Shown here piece after piece: positions 1 through 6,977 of a stretch of 36,487 bases of DNA. Made by a program: the position numbers and the translations under genes. Under the pieces are notes generated by a model that saw only the letters and a list, made by a program, of their open reading frames with translations, was not told the DNA's origin and did not search any database. The stretch comes from a virus: positions 1 through 36,487 of the IMG/VR virus record IMGVR_UViG_3300034146_000008, one strand, 5' to 3'. How positions within the stretch are numbered: the stretch's first letter is position 1; every line of letters begins with the position of its first letter.

Positions 1-127
1 GCTCTTCATCAAGCTCGTTTTCTTCTTTTTCGTCCATAAGTTTTTAAGTTACATGTATAATTTGTGGTTCTTTTTTTCTTGGTTGCCACATAACCAACTG
101 ACGCTTTACAGTCGTCGGGAAAGGATA
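1..127. repeat. terminal direct repeat, copy 1 (identical to 36361-36487); marks circular closure of the contig
   Basis: Compared the first three sequence lines with lines 36361-36487 base by base and found 127/127 identity. The repeat cuts through two minus-strand genes (36053..36397 and 44..400). Confidence 0.95.
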
Positions 128-400
128 AGATGCAAATTCTTTCTTACCTTGCCGTATCTGTGTGTCGATATTGTTTTTATCGTCTGTTGAACAATGCTTA
201 GCGTTCCAAAAGATAATTTCTTCTCCATTCATAGCTATTCCATCTGAACCAAACACGTCTCTTTTTACGTAGATAATCTTTCCCGGTGCTACCATTCGTC
301 CACACATAAATTCTGTGATCTGAACGGTATATCCCTGCTTCTCGAACCACACTTGGGTTTTCTTTTTGTAGTAGTTACCTCTTTGGGTTGTGCTTGGCAT
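44..400 (-). CDS. PD-(D/E)XK-type nuclease, Holliday-junction-resolvase-like (tentative)
   Basis: 118 aa, ATG at 400. Has a basic N-terminal helix (KKKTQVWFEKQGY). RDVFGSDGIA ... IIFWNAKH resembles the D...(D/E)xK core of Hjc/RecU-like resolvases. It is the last gene of the recombination module. Confidence 0.45.
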   Translation of the reverse strand: MPSTTQRGNYYKKKTQVWFEKQGYTVQITEFMCGRMVAPGKIIYVKRDVFGSDGIAMNGEEIIFWNAKHCSTDDKNNIDTQIRQGKKEFASYPFPTTVKRQLVMWQPRKKEPQIIHVT

Positions 401-566
401 TGGGAATGAATGTTGTTTTATAAGCGAGCATTTGGTGTCCTCGACAGCAGTAGCGTTGCTTGTTGCTACGTAAGGCTATGCCACAGTACAGACAAACCTT
501 CTTTAGTAGTTGGTTATATATCCTGCTTCCTCTGGCCTTGGCAGTGGTACGTTTGTAAGTGCGCAT
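375..566 (-). CDS. small Cys-rich (zinc-ribbon-like) protein, hypothetical
   Basis: 63 aa with CLYC...CCRGH. The only start is the ATG at 566, which forces a 64-nt overlap with the upstream gene, hence the low confidence. Confidence 0.3.
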   Translation of the reverse strand: MRTYKRTTAKARGSRIYNQLLKKVCLYCGIALRSNKQRYCCRGHQMLAYKTTFIPNAKHNPKR

Positions 567-907
567 ATTTTATCGAGGTACTCACCAAACTCGACTTTAG
601 TTAGTTCAGTAGTGCTAGAAGGAATTTTTACTGTCTCCCCGTTTACGTGAATGAACTTTGGAGGTAGAAGTTTTCTCCTGAAATACTCGTGCATGTCGTC
701 AGCGATATTACCCGTCTCTGCTTCAATGACCTCTAAGTAGTGCCAGTAGTAAGCATTCTGCGTAGAACTACGCTTTGCTTCTCTCCTGTATATTTCAAAC
801 GTCTTTCCCTCACTGTCTTGCAATAGCTGTTTAAAACGGATGGTGTTCATAGTGCCAAAATCTGGCTTTCCGTTAGTTACTTTGAATACAATGAGGGGTC
901 GACGCAT
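503..907 (-). CDS. NinB/Orf-like recombination protein (tentative)
   Basis: 134 aa. KRSSTQNAYYWHYLEVI and the later SSTTELTKVEFGEYLDKI resemble the lambda NinB signature (RSxxQN..W ... S..EM.E) as I remember it. Lies in a recombination-module context. Confidence 0.4.
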   Translation of the reverse strand: MRRPLIVFKVTNGKPDFGTMNTIRFKQLLQDSEGKTFEIYRREAKRSSTQNAYYWHYLEVIEAETGNIADDMHEYFRRKLLPPKFIHVNGETVKIPSSTTELTKVEFGEYLDKICALTNVPLPRPEEAGYITNY

Positions 908-912
908 GATGT

Positions 913-1179
913 TTACTTAGTTTCTCTAGCTACAAGAGCGATAGAGGTTAGAATAAAGTTTCTGTTTCTGCCTGTGTCTTTAGTGATCTCTGAGATTGGA
1001 ACTCCCTTTTTCGCATAGTCACTATAGATTTTGCGATCGAGTGGAGTGATCTCACGTTCACGGCGACCAATAAGACGAGCATCTTTGTACATCTGCACAA
1101 ACTCTGCATACCCTTTGTCACCTAGAGCACGTTGGATGATTACGCCCTGAAATGTCTTTTTTCCTTTTCCTGTTGTCAT
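913..1179 (-). CDS. hypothetical protein
   Basis: 88-aa ORF, ATG at 1179, tightly packed in the minus-strand array. Confidence 0.6.
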   Translation of the reverse strand: MTTGKGKKTFQGVIIQRALGDKGYAEFVQMYKDARLIGRREREITPLDRKIYSDYAKKGVPISEITKDTGRNRNFILTSIALVARETK

Positions 1180-1188
1180 ATATATTTG

Positions 1189-1971
1189 TTATCGAAGGTT
1201 AATGAGTGGCATTGTCTGACCAGTGACCTGAGGCATGATGCCATTCCACTTTTCTATCGCACGGAGTTGTAGCACTTGAGGATTTGAGTTGATTGCTTGT
1301 GACTCGATACGAAGGGCTTCTGCACGTCCCTGAGCTGACACGATCGTCTGTTCTTTTTCGTATTTGATCTGTTCAAGCTTATTCTTAGCTGCGAGAGCAT
1401 CTTGTTCAGCGGTTACTTTTGCTTCAATTGCCTGATTGAATGATGGTGAGAAATTGAAGTTAACGATACTGAAACCTTCGGTATGAATACCAAGTGGTGT
1501 GAGACGTTCTGCTAAGTGATTCTTGATGTCTTCGCTGACGATTTCTCGCTTAGTGATAAGCTCTTCTGCTGTAAATTTTGCAGTTGTTGCTTTTACTGAC
1601 TCCTGAATGTAGGGGTCGATCACACGTTCCTTGTAGCTCTGGCCAAGTGTGGTGTAGAGGCGAACGATTTGTGTCTGATCGAGTGAGTAATTAAGAGCTA
1701 CTGAAGCTGAAACATTTTGAAGGTCCTTAGAAGCTGCTGTTGCATCTGTCTGTTCCTTCTGAGTCATCACGTCCATCTTCTGAACTTTTTCGATAAATGG
1801 AAGTTTGAAGTAAAGCCCTGGCTCAATTACTTTTCCTGTCACTGCGTTGAACCGAGTTTTTACACCTACCTGTCCAGCTTTTACTGTTCCAAAACTGCCC
1901 AAAATAATTAGGAGTACAACCAACACGGTTAGAACTCTCTTAACAACCTTTACTGGATTTATTTCCTGCAT
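1189..1971 (-). CDS. SPFH/Band-7 (prohibitin/HflC-like) membrane protein
   Basis: 260 aa. N-terminal TM helix (VLTVLVVLLIILGSFG), then a typical PHB domain (GQVGVKTRFNAVTGKVIEPGLYFKLPFIEKV ... ITKREIVSEDIKNHL ... FSPSFNQAIEAKVTAEQ) and an Ala/Glu-rich coiled-coil tail. Confidence 0.85.
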   Translation of the reverse strand: MQEINPVKVVKRVLTVLVVLLIILGSFGTVKAGQVGVKTRFNAVTGKVIEPGLYFKLPFIEKVQKMDVMTQKEQTDATAASKDLQNVSASVALNYSLDQTQIVRLYTTLGQSYKERVIDPYIQESVKATTAKFTAEELITKREIVSEDIKNHLAERLTPLGIHTEGFSIVNFNFSPSFNQAIEAKVTAEQDALAAKNKLEQIKYEKEQTIVSAQGRAEALRIESQAINSNPQVLQLRAIEKWNGIMPQVTGQTMPLINLR

Positions 1972-1974
1972 AGA

Positions 1975-2274
1975 CTACTTCTTTGCTTTCTTAGTTGGCT
2001 TCTTCTTAGACTTCTTTGGTTTGCCTCCATTAAATCCCTTCATAACCTCACCAATCATTGCAGCCTGAAGCATTTCCTGATTTGGAAAGTTACTTACTAG
2101 GCATCCAACATGGTTGATTCCAACGTTGCTTCCAGCCATCATTGCTTCTGTGTGCTGTCCAGTGTTGACTGCAACAAAGATAAAGTGGTTGTTGTGTTCA
2201 CTAGCAGCCTTGAGTAACTGCTCTAGTCGCTTCTGACCTTTACTATCAAGAACTTCGTTTGTTTTTGGTTTCAT
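1975..2274 (-). CDS. hypothetical protein with Lys-rich C-terminal tail
   Basis: 99 aa, ATG at 2274. C-terminus is GGKPKKSKKKPTKKAKK. Confidence 0.6.
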   Translation of the reverse strand: MKPKTNEVLDSKGQKRLEQLLKAASEHNNHFIFVAVNTGQHTEAMMAGSNVGINHVGCLVSNFPNQEMLQAAMIGEVMKGFNGGKPKKSKKKPTKKAKK

Positions 2275-2275
2275 A

Positions 2276-2557
2276 TTATTTTTTCAATTTACTTTCTAAT
2301 CGCACGAGACCCCACCTTATAGCCGGTCGTCCTTGGTAATACCGAGTGCCAGTTTTTTTAATGAGGCCCAATCTAAACAGTTCGTTTCTTCTGCCAGTAA
2401 CTTGGTTGATTTCCCAGCCTAGTTTTTCTCCTATTTCACGGTCAGTTACTTCTCCATACTTTTTTATCGTTGAGTACACCATTGCCTGTCGTGGACCAAT
2501 CGTTTCCACAATGTCTTTAAAAGCGATCAGAGATGTGCTTTGCATTCGTGTTTTCAT
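2276..2557 (-). CDS. winged-helix DNA-binding protein (MarR-like fold, tentative)
   Basis: 93 aa. The pattern VYSTIKKYGEVTDREIGEKLGWEINQVTGRRNELFRLGLIKKTG is typical of a wHTH recognition helix plus wing. Confidence 0.55.
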   Translation of the reverse strand: MKTRMQSTSLIAFKDIVETIGPRQAMVYSTIKKYGEVTDREIGEKLGWEINQVTGRRNELFRLGLIKKTGTRYYQGRPAIRWGLVRLESKLKK

Positions 2558-2567
2558 AGGATTATTT

Positions 2568-2921
2568 TTACGAGGTCATGCTTCTTACTGCGTTCCAAAA
2601 GTAAGCTGGGCAGAAATAACCTGTTTCGTTCCATTGCTTCTTATCGTCTTGTCTTCGAACCTTAGCTAACTCGTCGAACATGAGTGCGTCACCCAAACTG
2701 GACTCGTATTGTTTTACAAACTTCTCACGGTATTTATCTATATCCTGATTAGGAAACTGAACATACGTGGTTGTATCAGTACTCATAGCTTTTACTTCAG
2801 CGAGGAATGTTCTGTATGCCTTCTCTGTATAACCATGCTTCCACATTTCTTTTTTGCAGTTACGAATCATTTCAAGACTCATAGTTGCGCCAGTTTCCTG
2901 CTTTGATTTGTCGAATCCCAT
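2568..2921 (-). CDS. hypothetical protein
   Basis: 117-aa ORF, ATG at 2921, packed between neighbouring genes. Confidence 0.6.
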   Translation of the reverse strand: MGFDKSKQETGATMSLEMIRNCKKEMWKHGYTEKAYRTFLAEVKAMSTDTTTYVQFPNQDIDKYREKFVKQYESSLGDALMFDELAKVRRQDDKKQWNETGYFCPAYFWNAVRSMTS

Positions 2922-2922
2922 A

Positions 2923-3720
2923 TTAGTTTTCGTGGATGAAGTCTAGTAATGTTTTGATGGTCCATTTGGTGATATAACCTTTCGGATTGTTTGAAGTCTT
3001 GAGGTTTTTCTTTACCTGACTAAAAGCATTCGCTATTTGTTCGTCGGTAAAGGGTGCTAAGTCTGATGCATCCCGTAAGTGTCGTTGTGTGAAGACATGC
3101 CATTGGCCTTTGGTTGTAAACCTTGGTTTAAGCTCGTCTGCATATTCGGCTATAAGCCTGATATGTCTGCTGGGACTCGCACGCATTTTCTCTAGATACT
3201 CCTTGAGGTCTTGTGGTGTTGTATCTTTCTTTGGGTCTAACTTCTTAGGACTGGAAGAAGACGCAGCTTTAGCTGCATATCCTTTAGGTTCAGGTTTAAG
3301 TTTAGGTTCAGATTCAAGTTCAGGTATGTCGGGCTCTGTACCCAGACTGGTATCAGACTGTGGGAGTTTGTCTATTTCGTTGATTTTTAAGAGTACTTCA
3401 GGAGGTACGAGGCTCATTGCTCTGCTTACTCCAATTTTGATGCTCTCATTCTCTCGCTGATGCTTTGAGAAGTTTCTGATGTAGACCCACCCGTTGACGT
3501 AGTAAACCTTTCCTTTGAGCCGCTTAATCATTTTCTGTACCGTTTTCTCCTCCAGTCCAGTCTCATTAGCCATAGTTTTGGTGGAGAGTTCATAGATGCC
3601 ACAAATATTTGTGTGTTCATTTGTTAGGAAGTAGAGAAATAAATACTTCTCAAGTGGGTCAAGGTTTACTACATATGTGTCTGACCAAAATCGGGTATTT
3701 ATTATTCTCTGTTTTGCCAT
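2923..3720 (-). CDS. replication initiation/organiser protein (DnaD-like winged-helix N-domain, tentative)
   Basis: 265 aa. The N-terminus FWSDTYVVNLDPLEKYLFLYFLTNEHTNICGIYELSTKTMANETGL..VYYVNGWVYIRNFSKHQ matches the pattern seen in phage replication organiser/DnaD-type proteins. Followed by a low-complexity linker. Located next to SSB and ERF. Confidence 0.5.
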   Translation of the reverse strand: MAKQRIINTRFWSDTYVVNLDPLEKYLFLYFLTNEHTNICGIYELSTKTMANETGLEEKTVQKMIKRLKGKVYYVNGWVYIRNFSKHQRENESIKIGVSRAMSLVPPEVLLKINEIDKLPQSDTSLGTEPDIPELESEPKLKPEPKGYAAKAASSSSPKKLDPKKDTTPQDLKEYLEKMRASPSRHIRLIAEYADELKPRFTTKGQWHVFTQRHLRDASDLAPFTDEQIANAFSQVKKNLKTSNNPKGYITKWTIKTLLDFIHEN

Positions 3721-3744
3721 GTTGTTAAGGAATATGAATTTTAA

Positions 3745-4077
3745 TTAGAACGGTATTTCGTCTGCGTCGATCTCTTCTCGTGGGTACTCAACGTCTTCTG
3801 ATTCAGGGAAGTTCACACCTGGAGTTGTTTCTGCTGTAGATTTAGGTGTCTTTGATGGTTGCCAAGTACTCAGTTCGAAGTAGATTGAACCGCTACGTGA
3901 CTCTTTCATCTCGATGGTGAACCAGCCTTTCCCACTCATGTGATTAGCGTTGTTACGCATGAACTCGTTGAACTTCACAGCGTTCACAAGGATTTTTCCT
4001 TTGATGAAGTTAGGTGCTTTTTCTGGTGGGTCTTGCCACATAAGTCCATCTGCGAATATTTTTTCTTTTGGTCCCAT
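3745..4077 (-). CDS. single-stranded DNA-binding protein-like, with bacterial SSB C-terminal tip mimic
   Basis: 110 aa. Acidic tail ending DADEIPF (compare E. coli SSB DDDIPF). Sits between ERF and the replication organiser. Confidence 0.5.
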   Translation of the reverse strand: MGPKEKIFADGLMWQDPPEKAPNFIKGKILVNAVKFNEFMRNNANHMSGKGWFTIEMKESRSGSIYFELSTWQPSKTPKSTAETTPGVNFPESEDVEYPREEIDADEIPF

Positions 4078-4538
4078 TAGATTCTTCGATTAGCTGGTCT
4101 AGTACCTGTTGGTTCTTGCTCGACCCCCTCTTCTTCGTAGGTGATGTCATCACTCTCAGGGTTTGTGTTGTCTTTACTGTCAGCATCCTTCGTATCGTCA
4201 ATACAGAAGAGGCCATTAAGTGCGTACTTTCGTGCGTATGAACTTGCTGCTCCTGTGATCTGAGCATCGTCCATACCTTTCTTGTCTTCTGACTCTCGTG
4301 CGTATGCGGTTACGCTTTCTTCTTTACCGTAGCTGTCTTTTAGTGTTGCTGTTGCTTTGACGTAGTACCTATCTCCTATCTGCACAACATGATCACTTAG
4401 AGTCAGTGTTCCTTCCCCTAGGAGAGGTTTGACTGCTTCCAGGATGTCTTCACAGTTTCGGTATTTGTATTTACCGAATTGGTTAAATTGGTTTTTTGGA
4501 GCTTTCAACTCCTTTTGTATCTTGTTGAGTAGTTGCAT
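4077..4538 (-). CDS. erf: ERF-family single-strand annealing protein
   Basis: 153 aa. FGKYKYRNCEDILEAVKPLL ... YARESEDKKGMDDAQITGAASSYARKYALNGLF matches the ERF superfamily pattern from memory. Confidence 0.7.
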   Translation of the reverse strand: MQLLNKIQKELKAPKNQFNQFGKYKYRNCEDILEAVKPLLGEGTLTLSDHVVQIGDRYYVKATATLKDSYGKEESVTAYARESEDKKGMDDAQITGAASSYARKYALNGLFCIDDTKDADSKDNTNPESDDITYEEEGVEQEPTGTRPANRRI

Positions 4539-4731
4539 ATACTTTTTTTAGTTCGAATAAATTTGTGTACTTATCAGGAATGAGCTTTTTAATGAGCTCA
4601 TTTTTCTTGGCTTTTTTAGCTTCCTCGCCAAGTGGAGGCATATATAGGATGCTTTTCATGATGCTTGCAGCAGTTCCAGCAGGCATTTTTTCGATCTCTC
4701 CTATTAGCTGGTTGTTTTCGTTGAGGTGCAT
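4483..4731 (-). CDS. hypothetical protein (ORF-track ORF 4483..4851 trimmed to the ATG that abuts the upstream stop)
   Basis: ATG at 4731 lies 1 nt after the TAG (4733-4735) of the upstream gene. The 3-prime end overlaps erf by 56 nt. Confidence 0.45.
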   Translation of the reverse strand: MHLNENNQLIGEIEKMPAGTAASIMKSILYMPPLGEEAKKAKKNELIKKLIPDKYTNLFELKKVYATTQQDTKGVESSKKPI

Positions 4732-4732
4732 A

Positions 4733-4927
4733 CTAGTACTTCCTTGGGAACTTACGTTTGTTTTCACACCAGATACAAATTCCATTAGTAAGCGGTAGAA
4801 CTGTTTTGCATACCTTGCATCGCCCTTTCTCAGTAACTGTGTCGAAGACATGCTTCATCTCTTCGATTTGTTCTGGTGTTGAGCCAACACTCACAATTTC
4901 TTCGCTTTGATTTGCTGAATCTGACAT
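4733..4927 (-). CDS. zinc-ribbon protein, hypothetical
   Basis: 64 aa with CKVC-x13-CIWC. It is the first gene after the 700-bp non-coding region. Confidence 0.55.
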   Translation of the reverse strand: MSDSANQSEEIVSVGSTPEQIEEMKHVFDTVTEKGRCKVCKTVLPLTNGICIWCENKRKFPRKY

Positions 4928-4990
4928 ATATTTATTGCCCTAAGCTGCCCGCCTTATAAGTGGACAGCTTGGAGCATATAAGGCTTGTAA

Positions 4991-5092
4991 TTAGAGGACG
5001 CATGCAACCAAGATGAGAGCAAAGCCTATTGAACTGAGTGCCATTACTACTGCATCAATTCGTTTAGTTTTCTTTGCTATGTTGTTTCGCAT
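4991..5092 (-). CDS. 33-aa single-TM micro-protein (candidate)
   Basis: Hand translation: MRNNIAKKTKRIDAVVMALSSIGFALILVACVL. Below the ORF-track size cutoff. Confidence 0.3.
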   Translation of the reverse strand: MRNNIAKKTKRIDAVVMALSSIGFALILVACVL

Positions 5093-5129
5093 AGCCCAAG
5101 TTTGTGTGTAATTCATTGTTAGTATGTAA

Positions 5130-5400
5130 TTCTTGTTAATGGCGAGAGAGACAAACGCCTACAACCTCAAGGCCTCACCCGTTTTGCTTTCAGCCTCTCG
5201 GCTTGGAGTTATGAGCTCCTGGGCTAACGGACTGATTGTTGGTTGTAGGAGCATGTCTCCCTCTTTCGACCTACTGCTTGTGGCAGTCGTCGAAAGATTG
5301 GCCTGTACAGCTTTTGTAGTTACTGGACATTGAGGATGCATGTGTGCAAGCACAAGTACTCGCAGAGCGTAATTAAAAAGAGGACAATCTTTCGGCGACT
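5130..5400. ncRNA. G+C-rich helix-rich non-coding core (candidate structured RNA or leader; strand unresolved)
   Basis: No credible ORF. Long-range 9-bp pairing CCTACAACC (5158-5166) with GGTTGTAGG (5241-5249). A 14-bp composite hairpin at 5262-5297 (TCTTTCGAC..ACTGC-TTGTG-GCAGT..GTCGAAAGA). Several smaller hairpins. Confidence 0.3.
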
Positions 5401-5404
5401 GTCC
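5372..5404 (-). terminator. rho-independent terminator (minus strand), second of a tandem pair
   Basis: Minus strand reads GGACAGTC-GCCGAAA-GATTGTCC followed by TCTTTTTAATT. Confidence 0.5.
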
Positions 5405-5408
5405 GCAA

Positions 5409-5435
5409 ATAAAAAAGACCAGGTTTTGGCCTGGT
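5409..5435 (-). terminator. rho-independent terminator (minus strand) downstream of the int/HTH operon
   Basis: Minus strand reads ACCAGG-CCAAAA-CCTGGT followed by CTTTTTTATTT. Confidence 0.6.
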
Positions 5436-5530
5436 GAGTGAATATAAATCGTGTGAACGCCCGTATACTAAAGGGTTTTTTAACGTTGTCGTATAACCAT
5501 ATTTTTACGACACTGTCAAACGATTTTTTT

Positions 5531-5553
5531 AAGCACCACCAGTGCTTTTATTT
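5531..5553 (+). terminator. candidate plus-strand intrinsic terminator
   Basis: AAGCAC-CACCA-GTGCTT followed by TTATTTG. On the minus strand the hairpin would be followed by an A-run, so it is plus-specific. Confidence 0.4.
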
Positions 5554-5629
5554 GCGAACAGTTGAGTTGTTAAGGTGTTATCTCTCTGAGTTACCGACCT
5601 ACTGATATATCTATTATAGCTCTAGTATA

Positions 5630-5851
5630 TTACTTGTCTACACTGTCTTGTGGATAAGTCTCTTTTATCTTTGGAAGTCTAGGTTTTATTTTACCAGTAC
5701 CTATTAAATGCCATCGGTTAACACTCTTTAAAGGCTTGTTCATTTTCTCTGCAATTGTTCTGAGAGACATTGGAATACCTTTTTCATCTAAAACTTTTCG
5801 GTATTCCATTACTTCTTTAACTTTCTCCATGTCTGTATAAGGATTTGGCAT
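5630..5851 (-). CDS. small helix-turn-helix protein (excisionase/regulator candidate)
   Basis: 73 aa. MSLRTIAEKMNKPLKSVNRW is a typical HTH. Immediately downstream of the integrase. Confidence 0.55.
   Translation of the reverse strand: MPNPYTDMEKVKEVMEYRKVLDEKGIPMSLRTIAEKMNKPLKSVNRWHLIGTGKIKPRLPKIKETYPQDSVDK
5632..5644 (+). repeat. 13-bp direct repeat ACTTGTCTACACT, copy 1
   Basis: Exact copy also at 5868-5880. A partial copy ACTTGTCT at 6909-6916. Confidence 0.8.
5649..5657 (-). promoter_or_regulatory. perfect DnaA box (TTATCCACA on minus strand)
   Basis: Plus strand reads TGTGGATAA. Lies 5 bp from the 13-bp repeat copy 1. Confidence 0.5.
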
Positions 5852-5867
5852 ATTTCGATACTAGCAC

Positions 5868-5880
5868 ACTTGTCTACACT
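5868..5880 (+). repeat. 13-bp direct repeat ACTTGTCTACACT, copy 2
   Basis: Exact match to 5632-5644. Abuts the integrase stop codon. Confidence 0.8.
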
Positions 5881-6734
5881 TACAAGTACTTTTCAGCCTG
5901 ACTTTCAAACTCTGTATCTGAGTACTGTTCATAGATAAAAGTACTCACAGGATTCTGATGACCTAGTGCTCGGCTTATAAATGATAGCGGTGCATTGTAC
6001 TTATCACGCCTGTGATGAGCGTAGCCATGCCTAAAACTATGAGGCGTTACTTTCTCTGTGATGCTTGCCTTGCGTGCATAATAACTGACTATACGCTCAA
6101 TAGATCGAGGCGTAAGCCTTGTATTGCCGGACATGCAATTAGAGATAAACAACGGAGATGTATTTGTCAGTATCTGACGTAGCTCTAAATACTGCGAAAG
6201 CAGAATGTGAGTCTCTTTACTCCAAACAATAATTCTTCGCTTATTGTTTTTCTTCGTGATGAGAGATGTCTTATTTCGACTACGACTAATCTGTTCGATA
6301 TTCAACGATGTGAGCTCAGATACTCGTACACCAGTTTCCCAGAGCATGCGAACAATAATGCGATCACGAAAAGCTGCAAAAGAGGACTCGTCTATCACTG
6401 CGAGTATCTTTGAAACCTCATCTTCAGTCACTGCTCGGTGGCTCTTAGGGTTTGTTTTACCTACTTTAATAAGCTCGGGAGATAGACATGACTTCCCTTG
6501 CAGTTTCCAGTACTTGAAAAAGTTCTGAACTGCGACTGTCGCAAACTGCGCAGTGTATGGACTGTACTTTTCTAAGTAAAGTCGATACCGCACAATATCT
6601 GCTACAGCGTATTTACTTAACGCTTTAGAACCATTCACTTCAAGGAAACGTTCAAGCCACACACGATACATTTGAGCTGCTCGTGGAGCGTATGTTCCTT
6701 TCCATGCTAGATACTCTGTTATTTCTTTCTGCAT
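5880..6734 (-). CDS. int: tyrosine recombinase/integrase (XerC/D-like)
   Basis: N-terminal SAM-like domain. Catalytic signature ETGVRVSEL (Arg), HSFRHGYA (HxxR), LGHQN, and Tyr in STFIYEQ. The ORF-track start 6743 is a TTG; the first ATG (MQKEITEY) is at 6734. Confidence 0.85.
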   Translation of the reverse strand: MQKEITEYLAWKGTYAPRAAQMYRVWLERFLEVNGSKALSKYAVADIVRYRLYLEKYSPYTAQFATVAVQNFFKYWKLQGKSCLSPELIKVGKTNPKSHRAVTEDEVSKILAVIDESSFAAFRDRIIVRMLWETGVRVSELTSLNIEQISRSRNKTSLITKKNNKRRIIVWSKETHILLSQYLELRQILTNTSPLFISNCMSGNTRLTPRSIERIVSYYARKASITEKVTPHSFRHGYAHHRRDKYNAPLSFISRALGHQNPVSTFIYEQYSDTEFESQAEKYL

Positions 6735-6745
6735 AAAACGCAAAT

Positions 6746-6769
6746 CCCACTAGCTTCTACACTAGTGGG
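6746..6769. repeat. perfect 8-bp inverted repeat CCCACTAG-N8-CTAGTGGG just upstream of int
   Basis: Read directly. Lies 12 nt upstream of the int ATG. Operator- or hairpin-like. Confidence 0.7.
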
Positions 6770-6815
6770 CTGCGGCGTGTAAAACACGCACGGTAAGTAT
6801 ACCGCTGACAACGCA

Positions 6816-6852
6816 CTACTGGTAGAAGTATTCCCTTTTCGGGAATCAGTAG
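6816..6852. repeat. composite hairpin/inverted repeat (CTACTG..ATTCCC-TTTTC-GGGAAT-CAGTAG); candidate recombinase core-type site
   Basis: 6+6 bp of complementarity with an 8-nt bulge. The inner arms ATTCCC/GGGAAT flank a 5-nt spacer. Confidence 0.4.
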
Positions 6853-6943
6853 GCAATACTAACTAATAATTGTCAACTAAGTTAACGCCTACGACCCTAC
6901 AACATATTAACTTGTCTGTCAATAAAGACCATCAAATTTGATA

Positions 6944-6977
6944 CATTTAGTGTAGCACTGAAGTTCAAATTTAGTGT
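6944..6977 (+). repeat. two copies of ATTTAGTGTA spaced 24 bp (6944-6953, 6968-6977)
   Basis: Exact 10-bp direct repeat. Contains AGTGTA(G/C), the reverse complement of the CTACACT core of the 13-bp repeats. Confidence 0.7.

Noticed and set aside
4942-4984. Interleaved inverted repeats with a pseudoknot-like layout: AAGCTG (4942-4947) with CAGCTT (4965-4970), and GCCTTATA (4951-4958) with TATAAGGC (4977-4984). They lie upstream of the first early gene.
   Set aside because: The stems are short (6 and 8 bp), there is no T-run, and no second copy exists. It could be an operator or RNA element, but the evidence is too thin to call.
5133-5353. ORFs 5133..5333 (+) and 5159..5353 (-) as protein-coding genes in the non-coding gap.
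   Set aside because: They are mutually antisense, one uses a non-ATG start, and the products are Ser/Thr/Ala/Pro-rich without hydrophobic cores. The region is better explained by RNA structure or regulatory DNA.
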